A stretch of DNA of 64,000 nucleotides from Nitrospirota bacterium (GCA_963721805.1 CAVRJY010000001.1:96001-160000), one strand, 5' to 3'; shown: positions 20,020 through 30,022, numbered from the stretch's first letter. Numbers and translations are program-made. Notes: generated by a model from the sequence alone, not told the origin.

Positions 20020-21052
20020 TACAGATAAGGGCGTCCAGCGCACCGTCGCTGTGGGCGATGCGGTCGGGATGGTGCTCGGCCATGACATCACCGAGATCGT
20101 ACCCGGCGGGCGCAAGGGCCCGGCGTTCAAGAAGGGCCACGTTATTGCCGAGTCGGACGTCGAGAAGCTCAAGAGCCTCGGTAAGGAACGGATATACGTC
20201 CTCTCTATCCCGCCTGAGATGATGCACGAGGACGAGGCCGCCGCCGCGCTCGCGGCCGCGCTTTGCGGCGAGGGCGTAAGGCTCAGCGGCGAGCCCTCCG
20301 AGGGCAAGATTAACCTGATCGCGGCCCGCGACGGGCTATTGAAGGTGAATGTTCAGGCCCTTTATGAGTTCAACATGCAGGGCGAGGTGATGTGTGCCAC
20401 GCTCCATACTAATACCATAGTCAAAGAGGGCCGCACGGTCGCCGGGACGAGGGCGATCCCGCTCGTCGTCGAGCGCGCGCTCGTCGGACGCGCCGTGGCC
20501 GCGGCACAGGGCGGCGTGGTAAGCGTCATCCCGATACGCTCGCCGAAGGCCGGGCTCGTTGTAACCGGCACCGAGGTCTTCGAGGGCCGGATCAAGGACG
20601 CCTTCGCCCCGGTTATCACCCAGAAGGTAGCTGAGTTTCAGGGCTCGATGGTCGGGATCAGGTTCGCGCCCGACGACGCCGAGAGGATAGCCGCCGAGAT
20701 AAGGGGCCTTATAGCTGCCGGGGCGGACCTGATAATCACGACCGGCGGGATGTCCGTGGACCCGGACGACGTGACGCGCCATGCCGTGAGGCTCGCCGGG
20801 GCGACCGATATGACATATGGCTCGCCGGTGCTGCCGGGCGCGATGCTGCTCGTGGCATACATAGGCGAGATACCCGTGATCGGCATACCGGCCTGCGGGA
20901 TGTACAGCAAGCGGACGGTGCTGGACCTCGTCCTGCCCCGCGTACTTTCAGGCGAACATATCACTCGCGCCGAGATAGCGGCCATGGGACATGGCGGTTT
21001 ATGCCTCCATTGCACCGACTGTAAGTACCCTATTTGCCCATTCGGGAAGTAA
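20012..21052 (+). CDS. Molybdopterin-binding (MoeA/CinA-like) protein
   Basis: GMVLGHDITEI, TGGMSVDPDDVT, PVLPGAM, C-terminal CLHCTDCKYPICPFGK. Confidence 0.85.
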   Translation: MCDTDKGVQRTVAVGDAVGMVLGHDITEIVPGGRKGPAFKKGHVIAESDVEKLKSLGKERIYVLSIPPEMMHEDEAAAALAAALCGEGVRLSGEPSEGKINLIAARDGLLKVNVQALYEFNMQGEVMCATLHTNTIVKEGRTVAGTRAIPLVVERALVGRAVAAAQGGVVSVIPIRSPKAGLVVTGTEVFEGRIKDAFAPVITQKVAEFQGSMVGIRFAPDDAERIAAEIRGLIAAGADLIITTGGMSVDPDDVTRHAVRLAGATDMTYGSPVLPGAMLLVAYIGEIPVIGIPACGMYSKRTVLDLVLPRVLSGEHITRAEIAAMGHGGLCLHCTDCKYPICPFGK

Positions 21053-21060
21053 CCTCTTTC

Positions 21061-21245
21061 AAAGCGCTCCAAATCGCTTGATACGTCGTCACCATTTGAA
21101 AATCGCCCTCCAGAGTACATCTCAGTACACTTGCGGGCTATTTTCAAACGATTCCTAGTCTGAAGACGATTTGGGCGCGCTTTCGGGGGTGGGGAAAAAG
21201 GATGGGGCCAGTCGGCCCGCCCCCCGCGCCCCCAAGGTCAACGGC
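21061..21245 (-). repeat. Hairpin element family A, copy 3 (core 21061-21183)
   Basis: AAAGCGCTCCAAATCG...CGATTTGGGCGCGCTTT; inner stem TTTGAAAAT/ATTTTCAAA. Confidence 0.85.
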
Positions 21246-21432
21246 TTAATTAGAAATGAGCGCTAAGGCGCGAATAGTGAGAGGGGTCCGCGACCCCGCG
21301 AATATGAGCCTGGGGGCGCTGCCCCCCTGCCCGTGGCATCCCGCTTAATGAATATTTTACTAATAGTGTAAACTATTGCCCTATTCAGCCATATGGAGTG
21401 CTCGCAAAAATATTGACTCACTGGGGGAACGG

Positions 21433-22266
21433 ATGGGACAGGGAATTCGCAGGCCGGGGATCATAACCGCCATAATCTTATTGATTTCGGTATTTTGTTT
21501 ATATGCGCCCGCCTTTGCCGAGTCCGAGCCGTCTATCTACATAGCGGACGTGGACGTCTCAGCTAAGACCATCGCCATCTACGGCACTCACTTCGCACCG
21601 AACGGCTCAAATCACCCCGCCTTTCCCAAGGCGTTCCTCGGCGGCGAGCAGCTTACTATTGATTCGTATGATGACGGCCTGATAAACGCCACGCTGCCCG
21701 ATGACATCACGGACGGGAGCTATCTGCTTGAGGTCCTAAGGACAAGGGACAAGCATGGCACGTTTATGGTGACCATCGGCGCGACCGGACTGCAGGGGCC
21801 AAAGGGCGACAAGGGCGACACGGGGGATACAGGGGCTAAGGGCGACAAGGGTGATAAGGGTGACACCGGAGCTACCGGCGCAACAGGCGCAACAGGCGCA
21901 ACAGGCGCGACAGGTGCCACCGGGACTAACGCAACGTCCATAACCGTGGGCCGCTTTGTGACCGCTACCAGTGGGAATGTTACCTGGGGAATGACGAGCG
22001 CGGATGCAACGTGCACTTGTCCGTCGGGCTACACATTGTACGGGCAGACAATAAATAATTGGTATGCTGACGATGGCGTGAGCGTAACATCCACAACTGT
22101 ATCCATAGGCAGTTACTTATGGTATACGTCGGGTGCACAGCATGCCGCGGTGCCAAATACCGCGACGTGCACTATCCAACGTGGCGCGGACGTGGCTTTC
22201 TCTGGCGTTGCCAATATCGAGTGCATGTGCTTCTGCATGGGAGGCCCAACAATTGAGTATCAATAG
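21433..22266 (+). CDS. Secreted protein: Ig/TIG-like N-domain, 17 collagen Gly-X-Y triplets, Cys-containing C-domain
   Basis: Signal peptide ending [19 protein letters not shown]...GAT repeats. Confidence 0.8.
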   Translation: MGQGIRRPGIITAIILLISVFCLYAPAFAESEPSIYIADVDVSAKTIAIYGTHFAPNGSNHPAFPKAFLGGEQLTIDSYDDGLINATLPDDITDGSYLLEVLRTRDKHGTFMVTIGATGLQGPKGDKGDTGDTGAKGDKGDKGDTGATGATGATGATGATGATGTNATSITVGRFVTATSGNVTWGMTSADATCTCPSGYTLYGQTINNWYADDGVSVTSTTVSIGSYLWYTSGAQHAAVPNTATCTIQRGADVAFSGVANIECMCFCMGGPTIEYQ

Positions 22267-22527
22267 CCTGGACTGCCCCATCTGATCAGCCAAAGCTTAA
22301 CACGCAACCCAGCATAGAGGGGGGCCGATTGGCCCCCTTTTTTTGCCAGCGAATAACCCCGCGAAGAAGTGAGCGAAGCGAATAGATGAGCGCGTAGCGC
22401 GAACATTTGCCGGGGGGCGCTGCCCCCGGCACCCCCTAGCCGGACGGGTTAAAAAGGTGTAAGCTTCGACTATACGGAAGGTCGAGACTCATCTAACCAA
22501 CAAATTCCGACTGAAAAGGGGGAACAG

Positions 22528-23154
22528 ATGGGACATGGTATTCGCAAAACGGGGATCATAACCGCGGCCTTAGTATTGTTCTCGGTGTTCTGCTTTTGCA
22601 TGCCCGCCTTTGCCGAGAAGGCCCCTGCGATAGCCGTTGTGGCTGTAGATTTAACCAACCACAGCATGCTCATCAACGGCGCGCGGTTCGAGCCGGGTTC
22701 AGATCACATTGCTTTCCCCAAGGTCTTTCTCGGTGGCGAGAAGCTGACTATTGTCTCACATTCAGACGGCCTGATAAACGCCACGCTGCCTGACGACATC
22801 ACTAATGGGAGCTATCTGCTTAAGGTCTTCAGGACTTCGGACAAGTCTGCCGCCTTCGAGGTGACTATCGGCACCGCAAGCTTCGGCACCGACACGAACC
22901 AAGCGGCCACCGGTGCCGGGGCAGAGTGTACGGTGGGTGAGATCCTGCTGACTGCCGGCGCTGTGGCAAACGGGATGCCGGCCAGCGGGCAGATCCTTCT
23001 TATCAATGATTACGATGTCCTCTTTTCCCTGTTGGGCACAACATACGGCGGAGATGGCGATACCACATTCGCCCTGCCCGACATGCGGGCTATAGCGCCC
23101 AATCACATGACGTACTCGATTTGCATTTTTGGGGTCTATCCCAGTCAGAATTGA
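22528..23154 (+). CDS. Secreted paralog of the preceding gene, with a phage tail-collar domain
   Basis: Shared N-domain ([32 protein letters not shown]); VGEILL...LFSLLGTTYGGDGDTTFALPDMR collar motif. Confidence 0.8.
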   Translation: MGHGIRKTGIITAALVLFSVFCFCMPAFAEKAPAIAVVAVDLTNHSMLINGARFEPGSDHIAFPKVFLGGEKLTIVSHSDGLINATLPDDITNGSYLLKVFRTSDKSAAFEVTIGTASFGTDTNQAATGAGAECTVGEILLTAGAVANGMPASGQILLINDYDVLFSLLGTTYGGDGDTTFALPDMRAIAPNHMTYSICIFGVYPSQN

Positions 23155-23201
23155 ACCAGTGGCGCCATGGGCCTCTTTTCTAGTGAAAGGTGCCTGTGGC
23201 G

Positions 23202-23894
23202 CTATTTTAACAGCGGAGTTTCCTTTTCGAAGACATGCTTGAAGATCTCAAACAGCTCCTTGCCTTCCTGAGTATTTAAGTACAAGGCAGTCGAGATGCT
23301 GATCAGGCTCGATAGCGCGACCCCGCGCCAATCGAACCGGTTGAGCCTCTCGGCCGCATCTGACAGGTATGACAGCCTCTCGTCGATTACCGACAGCGCA
23401 TCCGCCGAGGGCCCGAATCTCTCTGCGACTAGCGACCGGAACTCTTCCATGGAGAGTTTCATCTGCTGCTTTTCCGCGGCCGAGAACTGCCGGGGCTCTG
23501 GATCGCCGATCAACAGATGGCCCGCTGGCTGAAGGCTGCCGCCGATCTGGCTCCAGAGGTCGGGCTCCGATAAATCGCTTATGTATGGCAGCGCGTAATC
23601 CGTAAGCCATTTCCTGAAATAACCGTAGATGATCTTGATCGGCCTGGTACCTTGAGTATAGCTCGATTCGGTCTCGGGGTTACGCGCGGATGGCGACCGG
23701 TTGAACCTGCAGTCGAAGCCATCGGGATTGTCAGGCAGGTTCCTCGTCTCGAAGGTAAGCTCAGTGCCCGCGACCCTGATGATGAACACGCTGTCGAGGT
23801 TCGCGTGCTGCACTTCCTCCCCGATGAAGACACTGGGATCGAGGCCATATTCTTTAATTATATCGATGAAGCCGTTTTTGTATTTCTTGAGCAT
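23202..23894 (-). CDS. Hypothetical protein (230 aa)
   Basis: Long ORF with protein-like composition and GAAGG RBS; no motif recognised. Confidence 0.65.
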   Translation of the reverse strand: MLKKYKNGFIDIIKEYGLDPSVFIGEEVQHANLDSVFIIRVAGTELTFETRNLPDNPDGFDCRFNRSPSARNPETESSYTQGTRPIKIIYGYFRKWLTDYALPYISDLSEPDLWSQIGGSLQPAGHLLIGDPEPRQFSAAEKQQMKLSMEEFRSLVAERFGPSADALSVIDERLSYLSDAAERLNRFDWRGVALSSLISISTALYLNTQEGKELFEIFKHVFEKETPLLK

Positions 23895-24000
23895 AATCAG
23901 CCTTCATCTTGTCCATATGGCTGCTTTATCTCATAGATGCGCCCCATGGCCTAAATATATCACATAATATAGGGGACCGCTCCCCCGCTTACATTAATCA

Positions 24001-24200
24001 ATGCCTTTGACCACGGGGGTGCGGGGGGCTGTCAGTTGTCGTGCCCCCCGAAAGCGCGCCCAAATCGTCTTCAGACAAGGGGGCCGGTTGGCCCCTGTCT
24101 TTTAGGAGAAGTGCCCGTGGCACCCCGATGGTGTACTGTGACGTACATAGAGGGCGAGTCTTTGATGCCCAACGACGTATCAAGCGATTTGGCGCGCTTT
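24001..24200 (+). repeat. Hairpin element family A, copy 4 (core 24051-24200, enlarged by an inserted GGGGCC hairpin)
   Basis: Same termini and GGTGTAC..GTACATAGAGGGCGAGTC centre as copies 5 and 6. Confidence 0.85.
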
Positions 24201-24221
24201 AAAAAGAGGGGCTGATTGCTG

Positions 24222-25388
24222 TTATGGTTGTGAAGGCAGCTCAATCGTAAACGTCGTCCCCTCCTGGGGGTTGGACGTGAAGTAAACCTTCCCGCCAAGC
24301 AGCTTCTCGCCGATGTACTTCATCGAGTGCGTGCCTATGCCCCTGCCGCCGCCGGGCTTGGTCGAGTAGAACCTCTGGAACATGCGCTGCGCCACCGGAG
24401 GCGGGATCAGGGCTCGGTTCCAGACGCTGATCCTGAGCGTCCCGTCCGCCTCCCGGCCAGCCCGGAGCCTGACGGTATCGTCGTCCTCCGAGGCCTCCAG
24501 TGCGTTTAGGAGCATGTTCATCAGGACGCGGTAGAGGAGGTTCGGGTCGGTCCTCAGGCTGATCGAATCAAACGGCCCCTCGGCGAGCAGTTCGATGCCG
24601 CGCCGCCCGGCCTTGACCGCGAAGTAATCCTGCATGTCCGCAAACACGCTGCGGAGCTCGACGGCGCGGACCTCCAGCAGCGGGCTGCCGGAGCCGCCCG
24701 TGCCGGACAGGACGCGCTGGACCTTCATGTCCTTGACGAGCTGCGTGGAGAGGAGGTTGATCATCTCCAGCAGCCGCTCGCGCTTCTCCTCGTCCGAGGC
24801 CCTCTTGATCATCTTGTAAGAGGAGATGATCCCGGTCAGGGTGTTTAAGGCGTCGTGGTAGAAGATCGACTCGACCATGGTCTTGTTCTCGGCGTCGGTG
24901 ATGTCGCTGATGTACAGGAGGGTGAACTCGTAGCCCTCGATCCGAAGCGGGCAGGCGCGGACGTTCAATATGATGTCTGAGGTCGCGCCTCCCCCGTCCG
25001 ATGCGCTAATGCGTATCGGGCATTTGTGCTCGACCGCGGCGCCCGAGTCCTGGCTCTCGGCTATCGCGTTGGCCGCCCCGCAGGTCGCGCAGTAGCTGCT
25101 CGTGCCGCAGCCCCCGGCGCAGACCGAGGCGTATACGCAGTGCACGGCCTCGCCGGGCCTGATCCCCAGCAGCTCCGAGGGCTCGGCGATGCCTACGTAT
25201 CTCTGGAACTCGCGGCTGTAGGCCACGATCTGGCGCTGGTGGTTTAACACCGCGACCGGCGCGCCCAGCAGCTCGAGCAGCTCGTGGACGAGAGCGCTTT
25301 GGAGCGCGAGCGCGATCTGGCGCTCCACCTCATCCGGAGCGGCGAGTTCGGCGGGGAGGAATTCAGTATGCAAGGAGGCGTCGGGCAT
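24222..25388 (-). CDS. Cytoplasmic sensor histidine kinase with a Cys-rich PAS-like input domain
   Basis: HDALN H-box, NMLLNALEA N-box, STKPGGGRGIG G-box; CVYASVCAGGCGTSSYCATCG. Confidence 0.85.
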   Translation of the reverse strand: MPDASLHTEFLPAELAAPDEVERQIALALQSALVHELLELLGAPVAVLNHQRQIVAYSREFQRYVGIAEPSELLGIRPGEAVHCVYASVCAGGCGTSSYCATCGAANAIAESQDSGAAVEHKCPIRISASDGGGATSDIILNVRACPLRIEGYEFTLLYISDITDAENKTMVESIFYHDALNTLTGIISSYKMIKRASDEEKRERLLEMINLLSTQLVKDMKVQRVLSGTGGSGSPLLEVRAVELRSVFADMQDYFAVKAGRRGIELLAEGPFDSISLRTDPNLLYRVLMNMLLNALEASEDDDTVRLRAGREADGTLRISVWNRALIPPPVAQRMFQRFYSTKPGGGRGIGTHSMKYIGEKLLGGKVYFTSNPQEGTTFTIELPSQP

Positions 25389-25419
25389 GATTAATTTTAA
25401 CAGAATCCGCGGCGCGTTT

Positions 25420-26589
25420 TTAATGTTTCGTGAAAAACGGCGACATGGCCTGGAGCCTCTGCACCGCGGGCACGAGCAGCCCGAGGCAGTAGTCGACCTC
25501 CTCCTCGGTGTTGCCGGGGCCGAGGCTGAACCGCACCGCGCCACGCGAGCATACCGCGGGGAGCCCCATCGCGGTGAGCACGCGTGAGGGCTCGCTCGAG
25601 CCGGACGAGCAGGCCGAGCCGGAAGATACCGCTATGCCGAACATATCGAGGACAGTGAGCAGGGCCTCGGCCTCGATGAAGTTGAAGCTGATGTTGCAGG
25701 TGTTATATGCGCGCCGCGAGGGGTGGCCGTTGAGCTGCACCTCTTTAAGCTGCCTGAGTATGCCGCGCTCGAGCCTCTCCCGGAGCGCGCCTATGCGTTC
25801 GGCCTTCTGTCCGATCTCGCGGGCCGCGACCTCGCAGGCCGTTCCGAGCCCTACGACTCCGGGGAGGTTTTCCGTGCCCGCCCTCTGGCCGCGCTCCTGC
25901 GAGCCGCCATAAAGCAGAGGCGGTAACTCAAGCCCATCGCGGATAAATTGAAACCCTATGCCCTTGGGGCCGCCGAACTTGTGGCCGGAGGCGCTCAGGA
26001 TGTCGACGCCGAGCGCATGGGCGTCTATGGGCAGCTTGCCCACTGCCTGCACCGCGTCGGTGTGCACGAGCACTCCCCGCTTGCGGCCCATAGCGGCTAT
26101 CTCGGCTATGGGCATGACGTTGCCGGTCTCGTTGTTTGCGTACATGATGCTTATAAGAGCGGTGTCCGGCCTGATAGAGCGCCGCACGTCCTCGGGGTCG
26201 ACCATGCCGCTTGAGTCCACGCCCACGACCGTCAGCTCGCAGAGCCCCTCGGCCTCCATCGTGCGCAGGGTCTTGTATACGGCCGGGTGCTCGACCGAGC
26301 AGGTGATTGCGTGGCGGGCTCCGGGGCGGGCCTTGAGCGCCCCGCGCAGCGCCATGTTGTCGGCCTCCGTGCCCCCGCTCGTAAATACGATCTCGCCGGG
26401 TGCGGCGCCTATCAGCGAGGCGCACCTGGCGCGGCCGGCCTCGAGCGCGGAGGCGGCCTCTCTTCCCGCCCAGTGCGAGGACGAGGGGTTGCCGAACAGC
26501 CCGCCCAGGGGCTGGAGCATCGCCTCGCGCACCTCCGGGTGCACAGGGGTCGTCGCGTTATAGTCGAAATAAATGCGCCTCATACCCAT
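25420..26589 (-). CDS. iscS: Cysteine desulfurase, IscS/NifS type
   Basis: YFDYNATTP, FTSGGTE, SGHKFGGPKG, SSGSACSSG; start may instead be 26583. Confidence 0.9.
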   Translation of the reverse strand: MGMRRIYFDYNATTPVHPEVREAMLQPLGGLFGNPSSSHWAGREAASALEAGRARCASLIGAAPGEIVFTSGGTEADNMALRGALKARPGARHAITCSVEHPAVYKTLRTMEAEGLCELTVVGVDSSGMVDPEDVRRSIRPDTALISIMYANNETGNVMPIAEIAAMGRKRGVLVHTDAVQAVGKLPIDAHALGVDILSASGHKFGGPKGIGFQFIRDGLELPPLLYGGSQERGQRAGTENLPGVVGLGTACEVAAREIGQKAERIGALRERLERGILRQLKEVQLNGHPSRRAYNTCNISFNFIEAEALLTVLDMFGIAVSSGSACSSGSSEPSRVLTAMGLPAVCSRGAVRFSLGPGNTEEEVDYCLGLLVPAVQRLQAMSPFFTKH

Positions 26590-26693
26590 AAGATATTCCC
26601 CCGGCCCTTGAAAATGCAAGGCCCGCGGGCGCGGGATTTATTTTCAGCGCATGGTTATGTTATAAAGAAAGACTATCTTCGCAACTAAGGAGA

Positions 26694-27374
26694 ATGCTGA
26701 TGAAAAAGGCGTTTTTATTTCTGCTGGTATTTGTGGCGCTCGTGGCGTGCAACAAGGCCGCGGTGCCCGGCGCTTCCGGCCCCAAGGATGCGGGCAAGGT
26801 GCTCGCGAACATTAACGGCATGCCGATCACCGAGGGTGACCTCAAGCGCGAGATCGGCTACCTGCAGCCCGAGGCCCGCGAGATGTTCGCGGAGGAAGGC
26901 GGCCTGAAGGCCGTGCTCGAAGAGGTAATCAAGAAGGATATGCTCTACCAGGAGGCCAAGAAGCTCGGCCTGCAGGACTCCCAGGACATAAAGGACCGGC
27001 TCGAGGAGTACAAGAAGCGCGCGACCATCGAGCTGCTGCTTGAAAAGAATATCATGGATACCGTGAAGGTCGACGACAAGGAAGTCCGCGACTTCTATGA
27101 CAAGAACATCGACAGTTTCGTGATGCAGTCCCCGGACGGCAAGGGCAAGCCCCGCACGATAGAGTTCGACAAGGTCAAGGGCCTCATCAAGGAGCGCCTG
27201 ACGCAGGACAAGCAGAAAGAGGCGTTCGACAAGTACATGGACTCCCTGAAGTCGAAGTACAAGGTCGAGGTCAACCAGGCAGCGCTCGACCAGCTCCCGC
27301 CGATCAAGGGTGGCGGCGCCGTTACAAACGCTCCCTCAGGGATGAACGAGCCCGCGATGCCGGCAGGCAAGTAG
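26694..27374 (+). CDS. SurA-N/PrsA-like periplasmic chaperone lipoprotein
   Basis: Lipobox LVAC, VLANING.PIT, LYQEAKKLGL; no obvious parvulin catalytic domain. Confidence 0.7.
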   Translation: MLMKKAFLFLLVFVALVACNKAAVPGASGPKDAGKVLANINGMPITEGDLKREIGYLQPEAREMFAEEGGLKAVLEEVIKKDMLYQEAKKLGLQDSQDIKDRLEEYKKRATIELLLEKNIMDTVKVDDKEVRDFYDKNIDSFVMQSPDGKGKPRTIEFDKVKGLIKERLTQDKQKEAFDKYMDSLKSKYKVEVNQAALDQLPPIKGGGAVTNAPSGMNEPAMPAGK

Positions 27375-27380
27375 GGGCGC

Positions 27381-27599
27381 ATGCCGATGAATTGCTGGGA
27401 GTTCAAGAAATGCGGGCGAGAGAGGGGCGGCGCGCACGAGGCTGAATTCGGGCCATGCCCGGCGTTTCCGTCCGGCGGGCGCAAGTGCGCTAAGGTCGCG
27501 GGCACTATGTGCCACGGCAAGGTCGCGGGCACCTTCGCGATGAAGCTCGCAAGCTGCATGAGCTGTGATTTCTACAAGAGCAAGGACTACGACAGGTAG
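27381..27599 (+). CDS. Two-CW-domain small Cys-rich protein
   Basis: NCWEFKKCGRE...CPA...C..VAGT.C...CMSCDFY. Confidence 0.8.
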   Translation: MPMNCWEFKKCGRERGGAHEAEFGPCPAFPSGGRKCAKVAGTMCHGKVAGTFAMKLASCMSCDFYKSKDYDR

Positions 27600-27623
27600 G
27601 GTTTCAATCATAACGCATACCGG

Positions 27624-27666
27624 CCGGGGCCGGGCTCGCACGCTGCGGGTCCGGCCCCGGTTTTTT
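27624..27666 (+). terminator. Intrinsic terminator
   Basis: CCGGGGCCGG...CCGGCCCCGG followed by TTTTTT. Confidence 0.7.
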
Positions 27667-27679
27667 GCTATAATCGCGG

Positions 27680-28399
27680 ATGGCGCTATGGAGCGTGAGG
27701 ATGAGGGCCGAGGGCCGCAAGGGCGAGCACGTCTCGGGGGCCGAGGGCATATATAAGGAGGCTGAGGTCGCGGCCGCCGCTGCGCGATACATCGAGCGCG
27801 CCCGCTCACACCCGCGCGGGGCCGCGCTGCACGTCACGGTCACGGTCGAGCCGATACCCGGCAGGCCGCGCAAACTGCCCCCGCTCAAGGTCAGCACGCT
27901 CGATACCCACACGCCCAAAGAGGCGCGCGCCTCGGCATCCGGGATGCTCCGCGACCTCGGCGTATCGGAGGCCGCGATATCGGCCGCGTTCGGGGTGCTC
28001 GGTGCGCCGGGCAGGATGCGCGGGGCGGCCCTGATCGACGCCGGGACAGGCCGCAGGCTCGAGCCGGATCAAGGGCGCGGCGTGCGCGCAAGCAGGATCG
28101 GGGCTGGCCCGTCGATAGGCCCCGCTCTCGGGGAGCTGGATACGCCGACCGTGCGTGAGGCGCTCGTGCTGGCCACGAAGGTGGCCTCCGCGCCCGGCGT
28201 GATCGCTGAACTCTGCGCCTCGGACGACCCTGACTACACGACCGGATACCTGGCGTCCCGGAGGTTCGGGTACGTGCGGCTGCTGAATATTAAACGTCTG
28301 CGGAGCAGGCGCGGCGGGCGGGTCGTCTTTGTCAGGCCGGGAGCGGACGTTGAAAAACTCATTGCATACCTCGAACTGAGGCCCGTGCTGGTCGGATAG
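27680..28399 (+). CDS. bioW: 6-carboxyhexanoate-CoA ligase (pimeloyl-CoA synthetase)
   Basis: SVRMRA, HVSGAE, RARSHPRG, GVRASR, EALVLATKV, ELCASDDPDYTTGY. Confidence 0.9.
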   Translation: MALWSVRMRAEGRKGEHVSGAEGIYKEAEVAAAAARYIERARSHPRGAALHVTVTVEPIPGRPRKLPPLKVSTLDTHTPKEARASASGMLRDLGVSEAAISAAFGVLGAPGRMRGAALIDAGTGRRLEPDQGRGVRASRIGAGPSIGPALGELDTPTVREALVLATKVASAPGVIAELCASDDPDYTTGYLASRRFGYVRLLNIKRLRSRRGGRVVFVRPGADVEKLIAYLELRPVLVG

Positions 28400-28449
28400 G
28401 GGCAACCCGATAGAAGCAAAATGCGGTTTCAGGGATTGTCTTAAGATTG

Positions 28450-28505
28450 GGTTGCTGCTGCCCGTTAGGGGACGGGCAGCAGCTAGGGGAGGTAACGAAA
28501 AGCTG
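28450..28505 (-). ncRNA. Candidate small RNA (anti-SD-like seed plus 12-bp hairpin)
   Basis: TTGACA(28539-28534)-N17-TATCAT(28516-28511) promoter with no credible downstream CDS; UACCUCCCCU then GCUGCUGCCCGU/ACGGGCAGCAGC stem. Confidence 0.45.
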
Positions 28506-28618
28506 GATTAATGATATGCCGGTTTCCCGGCCTTGTCAAGCAAATATTTAGGTTGCATGATAATTATAGTTATAGGTTTAAAAAATATATGAATCCCTAG
28601 GAACCGCTGCTGGCCCGG

Positions 28619-28976
28619 TTCATTAACCGTAGTTGACCGGAAGTTAGTAGAAAACGCACGACCCTTAATTTTTTCTATAAGCTTCGGTTTATATATAAAC
28701 CAAAGTATATGGCTTTTTGGTGTATAGTGGTGCATGGGCATGATATGGTCATGTTTGGAGAGCGGAACCGAGGAGGCTGAAGGTCTAGCCGCATGTTCGG
28801 ATGATGGGCCGAAAATAGAGGTTTTTATCCGAACATCCGAACGGTGCGCAGACAAACAAATGAGCCTTTTCAAGATGTTAGCTCCTGTTTTGCGCCCGGC
28901 ATCCGAACAGAATCGGCAAAAACGCGCGCGCACGCGCGCGGAATGCGTAACTATACCTAAGCGCGAGCATCCGAAC
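28619..28976 (+). repeat. Family B ~360-bp motif array, copy 2
   Basis: Collinear with 10971-11329; same motifs at near-identical spacing. Confidence 0.85.
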
Positions 28977-29159
28977 ATGCCTTTGACCTTGTGGGGCGCG
29001 GGGGGCGGGGCCGACTGGCCCCCTTCTCTCCCCCCGAAAGCTCGGCCAAATCGGCTTCAGACTAGGCAGGGCGAGAAGACCGCCCGATGGTGTACTTGGA
29101 CGTACATAGAGGGCGAGTCTTTGAAGCCCAACGACGTATCAAACGATTTGGAGCGCTTT
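28977..29159 (+). repeat. Hairpin element family A, copy 5 (core 29037-29159)
   Basis: Near-identical to the reverse complement of 32541-32663. Confidence 0.88.
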
Positions 29160-29172
29160 GAAAAGAGGATGA

Positions 29173-29220
29173 TTGACAACGGCGATATGGTAATATTACT
29201 CTATTGCGATAGAGCGATAT
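29173..29220 (+). promoter_or_regulatory. ars promoter and probable ArsR operator
   Basis: TTGACA at 29173; imperfect inverted repeat ATATTACTCTAT-TGCG-ATAGAGCGATAT abutting the arsR start codon. Confidence 0.55.
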
Positions 29221-29562
29221 ATGGATAACTTTATAGTTCAGGCCAAGGCGGTCGCCGATCCCACGCGCTTGAGGATGCTCAAGCTCCTCGCTGGCGGCGA
29301 ACTCTGCGTCTGCGAGATCATGGCGGTCCTGGGCCTCGGACAATCGACCGCATCGAAGCACCTAAACATACTTAAGGCCGCGGGCCTTGTCGAGTCGCGC
29401 AAGCAGGGGACATGGACTTATTACCGCCTCGCGAGGCCGCGCGATACAGCGCGCGATTTCCTCAGGCTCGTCTCGGCAAGGCTCGATGGCGACGCGACCA
29501 TCGCCCATGACCGAAAGGTGCTCGCAAAGAGGTGCGCCGGTGGCTGCGGGGCGGCGCGATGA
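29221..29562 (+). CDS. arsR: ArsR/SmtB repressor
   Basis: KAVADPTRLRML, ELCVCEI, SKHLNILK. Confidence 0.92.
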   Translation: MDNFIVQAKAVADPTRLRMLKLLAGGELCVCEIMAVLGLGQSTASKHLNILKAAGLVESRKQGTWTYYRLARPRDTARDFLRLVSARLDGDATIAHDRKVLAKRCAGGCGAAR

Positions 29563-29969
29563 GCCGCGGGATCACTGGACGGCTCTCGTTTTATATGGCA
29601 GCGCTAACAGTCCTTCTGCTGATGCTGAGTATCTGCGGGTGTTCCAAGGCGGGCACTCCCCCCCTGGACAGTGCGCTAAAGACGGCAAGGCAGGAGGGCA
29701 AGCTCGTCATGCTTGAGCTCGGCTCTGTGGGATGCATTCCATGTGAGAACATGAAGCCCGTGATGGAGCGGTTGAGGCAGAGCTATGGCGGGCGGCTTGC
29801 GGTAATCTTTGTCGATGTGAAGCGGGATCAACAGGCCGCGAACCGCTATGGCGTGCGCATGATTCCGGTACAGGTCTTCCTTGACGGGCAGGGCAGGGAG
29901 TTTTACAGGCATCTGGGCTTCTTTCCCTATGAGGAGATCGTGCCTGTGATAGAGGGGCGCGTGAAATAG
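29559..29969 (+). CDS. Thioredoxin-family exported/lipoprotein
   Basis: CIPC active site, cis-Pro IPVQ; ATG at 29559 overlaps the arsR stop. Confidence 0.85.
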   Translation: MSRGITGRLSFYMAALTVLLLMLSICGCSKAGTPPLDSALKTARQEGKLVMLELGSVGCIPCENMKPVMERLRQSYGGRLAVIFVDVKRDQQAANRYGVRMIPVQVFLDGQGREFYRHLGFFPYEEIVPVIEGRVK

Positions 29970-30022
29970 CCATGGCGCGAGTGATATCCTGCGGCCTTGA
30001 TACAGTGAAGGGTTAGGCCGGA

